Assembly (NCBI GenBank): GCA_002633005.1
Contig: NMRA01000819.1
Span: 24,324-88,323, forward strand
Direction of reading: 5' to 3'
Source of the DNA: Phoronis australis
Lineage: Eukaryota > Animalia > Phoronida
DNA length: 64,000 bases
Part shown: positions 16,401 through 26,675 of the stretch, one piece after another
How positions within the stretch are numbered: position 1 is the stretch's first letter
Layout: every line of letters starts with the position of its first letter
Notes under the pieces: generated by a model
The model's database searches: none
Seen by the model: the letters and a program-made list of their open reading frames with translations, nothing else
What the model was told of the DNA's origin: nothing
Program-made: the position numbers and the translations under genes

Positions 16401-19400
16401 CTATATACAGGACACCTGAAGCATGTCTTCTAATCTCACCTATATACAGGACACCTGAAGCATGTCTTCTAATCTCACCTATATACAGGACACCTGAAGC
16501 ATGTCTTCTAATCTCACCTATATACAGGACACCTGTACCATTAGCTGTAACTGTGCCTCCAGTCTCATCAAGTACTTCACAGAGTACACCTGTCAAAGGC
16601 TGACCAATTGGAACTGGTGCCTCACTTCTGTAACCAGAGATGAGTAAAATGATTGGACAATGATTGGCATGCATTAAAGAAAACAGTTAATGAAATAAAG
16701 CCAGGGCAACAGAAAATTCATTTCCCATTTTTAAACAGCTTCTTCTCAGGCTATCTGAATAACACAGCTAATGCACTCTTGAACATAACTCAGTAGTTCC
16801 AGGCTCATAACCTAAAACTAAGTTGAACTTCACTCATCCACAAAACACAACTGGCACCTAAAGGCAGCGTGCACCGTAAACACGTCTCCTGCACCTCTAA
16901 ACATAGCTCACACTCTCTTGCTGAGTTATGCAAGTGATCCTCAGTCACGTGAGTCAGAGAGCATGCTTTTTGGAGCGTGAGCCGTGTTTTAGAGTGCAGA
17001 GAAGAGTTTGCATATCAGTGAGCTGAGTTTACAGGTCCACAAACAGCATTCATGAGTATATGAGCTGTGTTGTTCAGCAAGCCAGGTCTCCACTTCACGA
17101 TACATTAGGAATGATAGAGTGCAATCACTGATCAGCATGAAAACGTGTCAATGGAAGCTAGAAAAAGAAGATCCAAGGCTTAACAAAAAACAATCCATGA
17201 AATGTTAATTACATCAAGTTCAAGGTGTTAAGCTAATTGATACAGCTTATTTAGTCTTTTCAGTCAAAACCTTGTAAGCAGCAAATCACCACTGATACAG
17301 AATGAACAATACAACTCACACAAGATCACTATCTGTCACTTGATGGCACGTCGCCCAGCAAGACAATTCAGTGATGCCATAAATGTTGTAGATCTCTATC
17401 GACCGATGGCTTATCCATTTCCTGAGAACTGACTTTGGTGGACACATTTCACCGCCAAGTACGAGTGTTCTCAATTGTGACAAAGGGCCGAATATACCAT
17501 CGCGAAGCGAAACGTTATCAAGACCATAAGCCAAGCTAGGTGTTGCCTTCAACAAATCATGTACAATTTACACTGTCTGTCTCATGCTTCAATCAAAAAG
17601 CTGACCATCAATATTGGCAGCATGACCTCCCCTGTACTGAAACTTGAGAGATCATTGTCATACAGACAGGTGCTTACTATTACTATTAACATTTAATAAA
17701 ACCAAAATAATTACGCATTATACATTTATAACACAATTTCATAATGATAGACTGTTCCCAGAATGCAACACTTATAGAGGTCAAAATTTCTGATTGCACC
17801 AAATTATGAAAATACGATCACATTTCTCACTTCCACAAACATCCCAAATGTTGCATGAATCATCAATTCTCCACACAGGATGAGCAGACAGTAGAATATT
17901 TAAATCACTGATAATAGATTGTCCCATATGTAGCTTCTGAAGTCCCAAAGATTGCACCACGGGCATTTTGCATAATGATTTCAATAAACTGTTTTGAGCT
18001 GTGTTAATATTCCACTGGTTACTGACATCATAGACTATAGTCTATAATCTATGCTGACATTCTGCAGCACAAAAAGTCTAAAGAAAAAAAATGTTCCACA
18101 AATGCTCTAGTCATTCTTACAACCTTTTCATTGTAGCCTCAATATACAAACAGTATACAAACATGGCTTCATATAAACATACCATCAACACCGAGACCCC
18201 CATATGACACAGCAGACTCTCCAGTCGTCGAGTCATGACCTTTATGTCAGAGGGCACAATAAGTAGACTAGCCCCAACACTCAATGTGGTAAACAGCTCA
18301 ACAATGCTTGGGTCAAAGGTTAAAGGTGAAGTCCAGAGTACACGGTCATTTTCGTGCATGCTGAACAGATGGCTTAAAATGAAAAGGAAAGAAATGACGC
18401 TTTCCAAGTATCGTTCAACAATTCCATGCAAAGTTCTTGAGTGAATTCTAAAATGATTATGGTCACCATAAACAGAATATTAAATTTGTACATTTTTCTG
18501 TGGCCAATAAACAGTATGAATAACACATTTACAATCTTGTCCCCGTTATGTTGACTCTCGTAGCATTTTCCTACAAAACTGATGCCCAACAATTATTTGT
18601 TGCATGTTTTTGCACATTTCAGATGAATATCTTGTATTCGTGAAATATTACATCCGCTGAATACATAGAAGTCACATTTAAAGCACCATTTTGCCCATTA
18701 AACTTATAAGATATTTCTAATAGTATTCCTTACTGTCATAAGATTCTGTTTCAGATACCATTGTCAACGGAAATAGAATCCTATCACAATAAGGATACTA
18801 TATGAGACCCATTTCATAAGAGTAATTTCCATTTGATTTGATTTTCTTTCGTCAGGCAGCTTAACAGACACCGGATTGTTTAATTAATAGTTTAAAGGAC
18901 TTTGTTAAATACAGGTGTAATAAGAATAGATCTTTTACCAAAAACAAGATATACCGTCATGTACACCATAATGAAATACTTTGAGAGACGAGGTTTTAAA
19001 ACCAAATGAAAAATATCAAGTTTTGCTTGAGCATAACTATTGATGGATACAGAAGATAATTATGAAAGGCAGAGTAAACCACTACTGCACTAGTCAAAAT
19101 TATGGAAGTGTAAACCATTACTGCACTAATCAAAAAAACCTGTTACTGAAGTCAAATTTTTGACAAAAATCCGATACTATAGGTTTCAAATTAAACTAGA
19201 CAAGTGGCAACAAAATTCTGCCAAACTTGGACGAACTTAACGCCAAAGGTATTTTGGATCTTTAGTCAAACAATATTTAGTGCAACCTTATTTCACCTAA
19301 TTGTTGACTGCTTATTTGTTGTCAGATGTCACAATTTTGAGTTAAGCTTTCGTCAAGACTTTGGCAGAATTGAATCAAGTTCTGGCGGAAAAGAAATGAG

Positions 19401-21464
19401 TATTTAGTTTTAACACTGTCCAATCAGTCTCAACTGAAATATCATGAATTCCAATCACGTAATTACCGCATATTACCTCAACTCAATGACATTTGGAACG
19501 ATGCACTCATGGGGAACAGACACGACCTTAGGTTGACCTGTTGACCCTGATGTCATGACAACATAGGCGATGCCAGGCACACGAGTTTCAGGGATGCTGT
19601 GCTCAACACTCAGCAGTACGTATTCTGTCTGACTAGTGCAAAATGACATTACTGGATAGACAGGGTATGAAGAAAAGTCGAGCAACATCTGTATGGAGAG
19701 ATGTGGATGTATGGACTTATTAATTAATCAACAAACACAATACAACATTTTGGTATATGGTACTGGCTCCTCAATTTATAACACAAGATGGTGGAATACG
19801 AAAATTATGTTTATGAACAATTTTCAATAAAACAGCAAGAAAACTTCACTTCATTGATACAATGTATATCGTACAGCTGTCCTCAACATACAAATGATGA
19901 CATTTGCATCATTGTTAACAAAAATGAATGCAGTGATCTATTATATTGTACAGTTATCCTCGACACAATGGAGTGATCTTTGAAAAGATGGAAATATTGA
20001 CTAATTTGGCAATTATTTTAGTTTGAATCTCAGGAAACTTTATATTTTGTATCAAGACATACTGCCACTAGCAAGTACATTGATAAATACGTAAAATAAC
20101 CAAGATATCAGTCATATGGGACTGAGCATTTAAACATTTATAAGACAATAGTCTATGTGATTAACTTTCAATTCCAGCACTTTACGAAGTAATATAATGA
20201 CATTTCCACTGCAATGGTCTTTGCATTGAACACAGTGCTATGTTTTGCATTGAACATAGTACTATGTTTTGCACTTAACATAGTACTATGTTTTGCATTG
20301 AACATAGTGTTATGTTTTGCATTGAACATAGCACTATGTTTTGCGTTGAACATAGCACTATGTTTTGCATTGAACATTGTACTATGTTTTGCACTGAACA
20401 TAGTACTACGTTTGGCAGATTGAACATACTATGTTTTGCATTGAACATTGTTTTCATACTGTATTTTGAACGTGAATCAACTAAAGATATTCAACTACTA
20501 ATCACTGCAAGCAGTTCAATATTTATAAGCCACCTGCATGAACATTGGTTTTATAAGCCACTTACACGAACATTGGCTTTGCAACATACGATGTGTCTCA
20601 CTCCTAGGCGCTTCAACAAGAGGTCAGTGTCATCCTTGGATTGACAGAAAGCAAATCCACACTTTATCGATAGAATCCTGTGGATAAACACACTATCAGA
20701 CAAAACAGCATCGTTTTAAAAAGTACTGTGAAACAACTTTTCATTGAAGCAATTAATCAACAGTTTTGTTGTATCCTAACAAAACGTTAAAAAATTCAAA
20801 TAGAGATGTGACATCCACAGACTCATACTTTGTCTATTAACTGTTTTGCATGTACACAAAAAGGACAGGTGTCGATATACGTCTTGGATGTCCTTTGAAT
20901 AATCTCATTTTTCGTACAAGCATCCATTACAGGAACTATTTGTTTTCGACATAAAATCATTGCTTAATGAGCAATACAATAATTGACAAGAGAAATTATG
21001 AACTCAGGTGAAAGTGAACAGCAAGTGAACAACAAAAGAACAACAAGTGAACAACAAGTGAACAAGTTTAGAAACGATAAAAGTATGAGGAGTTTTAAAT
21101 CGCTTAGAACAAATTAACTTGGAGTCCAACATATGACAGAGACATCAATGACTTGGAGTCCAACATATGACAGAGACATAAATGACTTGGAGTCCAACAT
21201 ATGACAGACACATAAACAACTTGGAGTCCAACATATGGCAAAGATATAAATGACTTGGAGTCCAAAATATGACAGAGATATAAATGACTTGGAGTCCAAC
21301 ATGTGACAGAGATATAAATGACTGTTCCCTGATAACTTTCAAGATGACTTTTGAGACATAAGAAAAACTTACCCAATCAAGCATGCCGGTGTGCTCAAGT
21401 TAATCGATGAACAGTATCCAATAATTTCTCCACTGTTGCAGTGTCCCTTTAAGACAGAACCAAC
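1357..21464 (-). CDS. AASDH: AASDH/ACSF4 beta-alanine-activating enzyme (NRPS-like A-T-PQQ repeats), multi-exon, partial at both ends; 14 exons, 932 codons visible
   Basis: Fourteen AG/GT-bounded exons splice in compatible phases. Adenylation motifs: YVVMTSGSTGQPK, FDPS, NIYGITE, RCTGD, GRIDDQVKRHG, HGKLDK. Carrier-domain Ser motif ESGGTSF. Propeller repeats GKCVDASP, GSHSH, RIESSA, GSHD, KPFFSSP, in the order known from animal AASDH. Confidence 0.95.
2623..2727. repeat. 25-bp tandem repeat x4
   Basis: CATTTAGTGACCAAGTGCGACTTGG; unit contains a CCAAGT/ACTTGG mini-hairpin. Confidence 0.95.
2772..3335. repeat. 26-bp minisatellite, ~21 copies
   Basis: AGTCATACAATAAACAGACACTGTCC. Confidence 0.95.
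3485..3610 (-). CDS. AASDH: AASDH exon (GSVFASPC...LYVATLGG)
   Basis: Within ORF 3446..3673; cag/gtaagt; 126 bp, phase 0->0. Confidence 0.92.
4464..4627 (-). CDS. AASDH: AASDH exon (GCYDGCVY...AVKSSP...VGSHDQHIYALDVK)
   Basis: Within ORF 4380..4694; cag/gtattt; 164 bp, phase 1->0. Confidence 0.93.
5386..5589. repeat. Degenerate 29-bp tandem repeat, ~7 copies
   Basis: TGCCAGTGTGTGGACGTCATAGAACAGTT-like units. Confidence 0.85.
5677..5892. repeat. 27-bp minisatellite x8
   Basis: GGAAAGTCATTCTATCACATTCCGTAT; explains the repetitive ORFs in several frames. Confidence 0.95.
6141..6292 (-). CDS. AASDH: AASDH exon (IGSHSHQFVALD...RIESSACLSVCGQFVVVG)
   Basis: Within ORF 6052..6312; tag/gtaagg; 152 bp, phase 2->1. 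Confidence 0.93.
6475..9038. other. Tandem duplication around single N at 7756 (likely uncollapsed haplotypes); includes a 5'-truncated copy of the AASDH large exon
   Basis: 6475-7755 matches 7757-9038 with scattered SNPs and indels. Confidence 0.85.
8754..9589 (-). CDS. AASDH: AASDH large exon: carrier (PCP) domain, linker and start of propeller
   Basis: ORF 8744..9634; FVESGGTSFLAV phosphopantetheine-site motif; ends WTYNTGKCVDASPLVV; cag/gtatga; 836 bp. Confidence 0.93.
10240..10325 (-). CDS. AASDH: AASDH exon (GKLDKEKLRGLARDSQAQTMCRSISCLWM)
   Basis: Hand translation completes the A10 motif HGKLD; tag/gtacta; 86 bp, phase 1->0. Confidence 0.85.
10470..10660. repeat. ~57-bp tandem repeat, ~3 copies
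   Basis: CCCTACACTCCAATCTCCGACCAGCACACCAACAGTACATATCCTCAGACCCAAA-like units. Confidence 0.8.
10815..11152. repeat. 42-bp minisatellite x8
   Basis: GACTGTGACTAACCCATCCAATGCCTAAGTGAGTCCAACCCA with recurring variants. Confidence 0.95.
11409..11769. repeat. 89-bp direct duplication (11409-11590) and 38-bp repeat x4 (11620-11769)
   Basis: GTATCTGCTGGTCTGGAATG...GGTAACT twice; ATCCTTGCTATAAATGTGACATGTACTAACTAGACTTG four times. Confidence 0.9.
12014..12194 (-). CDS. AASDH: AASDH exon (TMLQVTAVQ...LPPCYDPD...IPVTRHG)
   Basis: Within ORF 11997..12335; cag/gtagtt; 181 bp, phase 0->1. Confidence 0.9.
13149..13303. repeat. 26-bp tandem repeat x6
   Basis: GCTAACATGATAATGCATTACACAGT. Confidence 0.9.
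13471..13646 (-). CDS. AASDH: AASDH exon (SNSRFCYVD...MRCTGD...EGRIDDQVKRHGQRMNL)
   Basis: Not in the ORF track; hand translation gives A7/A8 motifs; tag/gttaaa; 176 bp, phase 1->0. Confidence 0.92.
13820..14886. repeat. 44-bp and 30-bp tandem repeats, duplicated on both sides of gap 14309-14467
   Basis: CTAGTGAGACACTAACACACAACTCAATCATCGAGCAGTGTGCC and TATGCTCCAGTCAGCCTAAACCCAATGTTC blocks recur after the gap. Confidence 0.85.
15599..16019. repeat. Perfect 19-bp minisatellite x22
   Basis: TTGACCAATATTACCAACA. Confidence 0.97.
16341..16536. repeat. 39-bp tandem repeat x5 spanning an AASDH exon end and splice donor
   Basis: Minus-strand unit CAGGTGTCCTGTATATAG|GTGAGATTAGAAGACATGCTT. Confidence 0.95.
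16518..16627 (-). CDS. AASDH: AASDH exon (SEAPVPIGQPLTGVLCEV...GVLYIG)
   Basis: cag/gtgaga; 110 bp, phase 2->1; its 3' end and donor are tandemly repeated (see findings). Confidence 0.9.
17320..17546 (-). CDS. AASDH: AASDH exon (ATPSL...LVLGGE...NIYGITELSCWAT)
   Basis: Within ORF 17316..17555; aag/gtgagt; 227 bp, phase 0->2. Confidence 0.93.
18183..18372 (-). CDS. AASDH: AASDH exon (SPLTFDPSIVELF...GASLLIVP)
   Basis: Within ORF 18117..18431; aag/gtatgt; 190 bp, phase 2->0. Confidence 0.93.
19477..19688 (-). CDS. AASDH: AASDH exon with AMP-binding P-loop (IAYVVMTSGSTGQPKVV)
   Basis: ORF 19473..19688; cag/gtaata; 212 bp, phase 0->2. Confidence 0.93.
20220..20450. repeat. 24-bp minisatellite, ~9-10 copies
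   Basis: TTGCATTGAACATAGTACTATGTT. Confidence 0.92.
20566..20677 (-). CDS. AASDH: AASDH exon (ILSIKCGFAFCQSKDDTDLLLKRLGVRHIVCCKANVR)
   Basis: cag acceptor, gtaagt donor, 112 bp, phase 2->0; bridges the neighbouring exons in frame. Confidence 0.8.
21117..21323. repeat. 34-bp minisatellite x6
   Basis: ACTTGGAGTCCAACATATGACAGAGACATAAATG. Confidence 0.92.
21373..21464 (-). CDS. AASDH: AASDH exon (VGSVLKGHCNSGEIIGYCSSINLSTPACLIG)
   Basis: Hand translation; ttcag acceptor, gtaagt donor, 92 bp, phase 0->2; resembles the N-terminal part of the A domain. Confidence 0.8.
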
Positions 21465-21691
21465 CTGAAACATTGGCATGACAAGAGAAACAGAGATCTT
21501 TTAAGCAGAAGGTGTGTACAGAACAAACCCATGGAGCCTCAAACCTACAACAGCAGTGCCATTAGGCCCATAAACGTCTGGGCCCAACTGATCTTATATG
21601 CAAACCATATGCCCATGTGCCAATATACAAACCTCTTAAGTAAAAAACAGGCAGTGAAAAAGTCATTAATTTGGAAAAAGGCCCATGGGCA

Positions 21692-22558
21692 AAAGGCCAT
21701 GAGTAAAAAACGCCAATGACTGCTGCAGGCTCTCAAGTGAATGGCGTTATGTGTGTTTTGAGATACCCCTCTTACCAAATGCTGTTACTAACAAGCAAAA
21801 GAAAAGCAAGAAGTCAATTTTTTAATTTAAAGAAATCAGGTACACCTACATGTAAAATGAATGTACAGAGGAGACATAACCTGGGCTTGTATGTGAAACG
21901 ACGGTGCATGTGCCAATATGCAAACCACTTGCAGTGGGTAAAAAAGGATTTTGAAAAAACACATTATTTTGTATATAGGCCATGCAATGAGCTCATTGGG
22001 TGCATGGGTAACAATGAATCAATTTAGAAGACTTGGAAGAAACTGTAACATTTTTAATGGCATTATGCAGTTTTTGTCAATTTGCCATAATCTGAAAGTA
22101 GTTAAAACTTTTATANAAAGGCCATGAGTAAAAAACGCCAATGACTGCTGCAGGCTCTCAAGTGAATGGCGTTATGTGTGTTTTGAGATACCCCTCTTAC
22201 CAAATGCTGTTACTAACAAGCAAAAGAAAAGCAAGAACTTAAGTCAATTTTTTAATTTAAAGAAATCAGGTACACCTACATGTAAAATGAATGTACAGAG
22301 GAGACATAACCTGGGCTTGTATGTGAAACGACGGTGCATGCGCCAATATGCAAACCACTTGCAGTGGGTAAAAAAGGATTTTGAAAAAACACATTATTTT
22401 GTATATAGGCCATGCAATGAGCTCATTGGGTGCATGGGTAACAATGAATCAATTTAGAAGACTTGGAAGAAACTGTAACATTTTTAATGGCATTATGCAG
22501 TTTTTGTCAATTTGCCATAATCTGAAAGTAGTTTGAATTTTTTTAGAAAACTTTTATA
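21692..22558. other. Tandem duplication around N at 22116 (likely assembly artefact)
   Basis: 21692-22115 matches 22117-~22558. Confidence 0.85.
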
Positions 22559-22907
22559 AAAAGTATTCTTTAAGTCAAAAGTATGACGCTAGGACCAAAT
22601 CACACAATGCAAATGTCTGGCCAGCTGAATGGCTGTTGTATTAGTTGATTAGCCATTCCTGGCATCAGTGCAAAAGGCAAACTGTTATGTAAGAGAGATG
22701 GGACTGACACTCCACAGGTGTCTTGGACATCCAGTATGTAGTCCTCAGAGTTGGAAAGCAAGGGAACACTGGTTGACTTTACACACTGCACCACACTCCT
22801 AACTTTCAGTTAAAATCTCAAGTTCAAAAAACCTTCTAATAGTAAGTACGTAAAATAGTCAAATTCACAAAAAATCAAAAACAGCAATATGCTTAAATGC
22901 TTCATGT

Positions 22908-23018
22908 CACCATGTCAGCAAGACAACCATCCACCACCATGTCAGCAAGACAAACAGCCACCACCATGTCAGCAAGACAAACAGCCACCACCATGTCAGC
23001 AAGACAACCAGCCACCAC
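22908..23018. repeat. 27-bp tandem repeat x4
   Basis: CACCATGTCAGCAAGACAAACAGCCAC. Confidence 0.9.
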
Positions 23019-23200
23019 CTCAGCTATGAAAAAATAATAGGAAATGGGATGAAAAAGCTTCGCAGAGTGGTAGTTAACATCAGCATTTTCACCAGTGTAC
23101 ACCCTGTACATGTATAGTGGGGTCAGTCCCCCATGTGATCCACCAAAATAAATTTAATTAAACTGACCTCCATAATGATTGGCAGGAACTTCCCTTGTAG

Positions 23201-23503
23201 CCAGGATAGAGAGGAATATATAGGATGGTCTTAGATTACCCAGGATAGAGGAATATATAGGATGGCCTTAGATTACCCAGGATAGAGAGGAATATATAGG
23301 ATGGCCTTAAATTACCCAGGATAGAGAGGAATATATAGGATGGCCTTAGATTACCCAGGATAGAGAGGAATATATAGGATGGCCTTAGATTACCCAGGAT
23401 AGAGAGGAATATATAGGATGGCCTTAGATTACCCAGGATAGAGGAATATATAGGATGGCCTTAGATTACCCGGGATAGAGGAATATATATGATGGCCTTA
23501 GAT
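23201..23503. repeat. 37-39-bp minisatellite x8
   Basis: CCAGGATAGA(GA)GGAATATATAGGATGGCCTTAGATTAC. Confidence 0.93.
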
Positions 23504-25243
23504 TTTTTAAAGGGCCGGCTTTTGGACTGGGTCTGATTTATTTTCTGATTGATTTTGCTTCATATTTTGCATAAGTCCTGACATTTGCCCAATTCATTTC
23601 TGAGAGTAGCGTGGACAGAATTCACACCTTTTGCCTCCATGATTGCAGCAAACTTGGCGATTCAAGGCAAAGAACTACTCAATCAAAAGTTGTTTGTTTT
23701 CTCTGCCAATCAATTTAGGGCAACATTGGATGTTGCTTGTTCATTTCTCCGTAAGACGAATACCAGTGGCTGCTTTTGGTGCACCTCTCATGTCATCAGT
23801 CAACTGAAATTGAGGTCATCTCATTAATTTGTAATGTGTTTCATTAGTGAATCCAACATCAATGATAACTACCATTCCATTCACAGCTCTTTGACTGTGA
23901 CAATGAGCGACATTTGCAGTTTTGGAGAAGTAATTAGGAAAGTAATAATGGCATTTGGACCATCTGGGTGTGGTCTATCTTCTGTTATGAAACAACATGT
24001 GCATTCAACACATTGTAATGAACATTGAGTCATGCTTTCTGCTGCAAAAAGGCGTAAAAACCGGATTATTTTACAAAACTGATCTATATTCTATGCACCT
24101 GAACCTGATACGACATCCAGTTTCTGTTTTAGATTGTGCTGATGAAGTGGCTCAATTAACAAAATGTTTAAATACCAGTGCACATTTTTTCTGAGAATGG
24201 AGGGGATGTATTTGGCCCATCAATGTCACTTTCTTGATACATCGCTGCGGTGTTGATAATCAGTGGCTAGTAACAGGGCCAAGAATCCGGAATGAGTTGT
24301 AAATCTCCATTCAGCTGTATGGGAGGCAAACCATTCAGCTGTATGGGAGGCAAACAATTCAGCAAAATTTGTACAAATTGCATTTTTGCAGATTATAATG
24401 TTTGTATTTGGAACATGAGTTTGTATTTGGAGTATATAACTCCATTTTAATGTCATTGAATAAAGGAAAGGTTTATGCTGTCAATAACACTTATATTTCC
24501 ACTTACTCTACTGTCCTATAAGATGGCTGTTTATAACACTGCGTAGCGCAGGGGTCACTGGAGTACCGACGCACTGCCAATGCTGGCAGGAACAAGGTGT
24601 GTTTGGTCAGAATTTTTGGTAAATTTGGACTCCCAGTTATGGAATCTTGTATAAACCCTTCTTCCCGAATGGCTGTTTGGCTGATTGTCAATATGTCCTA
24701 ACAGATTTTAAAACTTCAGGAAAAAACGTCCAGTACCTAGAGAAAATAGCACAATCCCTGCATATGGAAATAACATGTACTAAGCCTTCAAAACTTGATG
24801 AGGGTTCTGCTGTCCTAGGATATCAGAGTATTCCTTCCCTGACATTGGCCAGGCATGCTGGACACCCCTGTATGCAGGTTACGGGTGAGTATTTCAAATT
24901 CATATTTAAACAGAACAACTTGACAACTTATCAAGTTATGTGGGAGGATATTGTGTGCTGATCAATAGACGTCAATAGATCAATAGACGTCAATAGATAG
25001 TAACTCAGAAAAAAATACAACATAACGTTCCATCTTAACAAAAATCCAGTTTTCGGTAAACATCTTAAATCATCATTGAAAAGGTCAGCATTATTTTGAC
25101 AAAAAAAATTTGTGGCATCTTTGGGGCATGTTTATTAATAAGCCTCCAACTCCAGGGCTGGAAATATAGAGCTCTATGACTGAGTACTGTATTCAGTGGC
25201 AGTATTGAGCAATTCTGTGCAGCACTGCTCAATACAATGGCCA

Positions 25244-25375
25244 GAACACTAGACAACGGTGAACACTAGACGACGGTGAACACTAGACGACGGTGAGCAC
25301 TAGACGACGGCGAACACTAGACGACGATGAACACTAGACGACGGTGAACACTATAAACGACAGTGAACAGTAGAT
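25244..25375. repeat. 17-bp tandem repeat, ~8 copies
   Basis: GAACACTAGACGACGGT. Confidence 0.9.
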
Positions 25376-26153
25376 AAGTGTGAGATAATTTACTTATTCC
25401 TTCAAAGTTCTTTGAATGACAAGTAAATTATATGGGGAGTGACCCGAACTGAAACAGCTAGGAGGGGGACATTGACTGTTAATGGATGGTCTGTTTGATG
25501 CAGTCTATTTGAGTTGCATTTACTTGTAGTCTCTCACTGGTCCAAAGATAGTGGTCCTATGTTGAATCTGCAGTCAGTGTGCAAAAGAACAAATATAAAG
25601 GACTTGGCTAATCACTCAACTTTGTCCAATTGTTCTTGGCTTGACTGGTAAGCACGATTAGTTTTGAAGCAAAAGCACCACGTTTAGAAATTTTGATTTT
25701 TCACTATAGTTCCTGATTTGGAGGATTAATTTCATCTACTGTATAATTGTCGTATTATTCATTGATTACCTGTATTCTAAAAATTAGGAGCAACTATATT
25801 TGACTGATGTAGTATCCTTTTTTATTAATATGTAATTTTTTTCATGTCTCAAATATAGTTACATTCCACAACTTGTGTTGTTTTCTTATACGGTCTTATA
25901 TGCACACAAACACACAAGCACACACATGGGTCAGGACAGGGAACATACGTTCCAATCAGTTTAAAAATGTGGAGAGGTCAGTCTTCACAGGCACAGTTCT
26001 TGCAATTAAATATTTTATTTTTTCAATTTTGTAATAATTTAGTATTTCTGCTTTGAAAAACGGGTAGAGCGACATAAGTGAATAGTTTGCAATAACCAGA
26101 ACAACATTGATAATCTAATTGCTACAGTCTTGAAAGCCAAACCAGAGGGTTAA

Positions 26154-26675
26154 AGGCGAAGGCAACCTTTTTCCATGTCATTTTGAGCTAAAATGAGGTG
26201 GGTTGGTTATCCTAGACATATTTTCCACTTAATTACAGCTTTTTGTAATTTTATTAATTACTCTTCCGCTACTCCGGAAGTGACGTTTTAGGAGGCAAGC
26301 GTTTCCTGTCACTTGGTTTTGCGTTGATTTTACCGTGCGAATCTGTTCTAGTCTACTTTTGTTTTATGCTGTTTTTCAACAATTGTCGCCACCACTTTCC
26401 ATCGGTGAAAATTCTTCGGCAAGATATTTTAGTAGAGAACTCAACTACGTTGGATTTAGGGATTGTTTAGTGTGTTGTAAGCTGAAAATGGCTGGAGTCG
26501 GTGACCCGTATCACAGTGACAGTAGTGTGGGTGACGGAGACCTTGTTCACAGCAGTGGTGACGAGGAATTTTTTCACGGACATTCAGTGGGTGGGTACAT
26601 GTTTGAGCCCGAGTATAACGAGGCAGAGTACGCACAGGCACAGGCAGCTGTTGAGAGAAACGAGGCGGCTACTGA
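26154..26675 (+). mobile_element. Left end of a Kolobok-like element with an acidic ORF start (ATG 26488) resembling KolX/P2X7-ballast-like proteins; truncated by gap
   Basis: TTAA+AGGCGAAGGCAACC terminus similar to the 30641 TIR; CCGGAAGTGACG motif at 26274; peptide ..SSGDEEFF..GGYMFEPEYNEAE.. Confidence 0.5.

Noticed and set aside
1357-21464. AASDH plus ABCA as an NRPS-exporter biosynthetic cluster
   Set aside because: AASDH is a conserved animal housekeeping gene; adjacency alone gives no evidence of a functional link, and the ABCA appears catalytically impaired
23560-23830. Minus-strand Cys cluster (GKRCEFCPRYSQK) as a piggyBac C-terminal domain
   Set aside because: Too short, interrupted by stops, and no transposase core or TIRs seen
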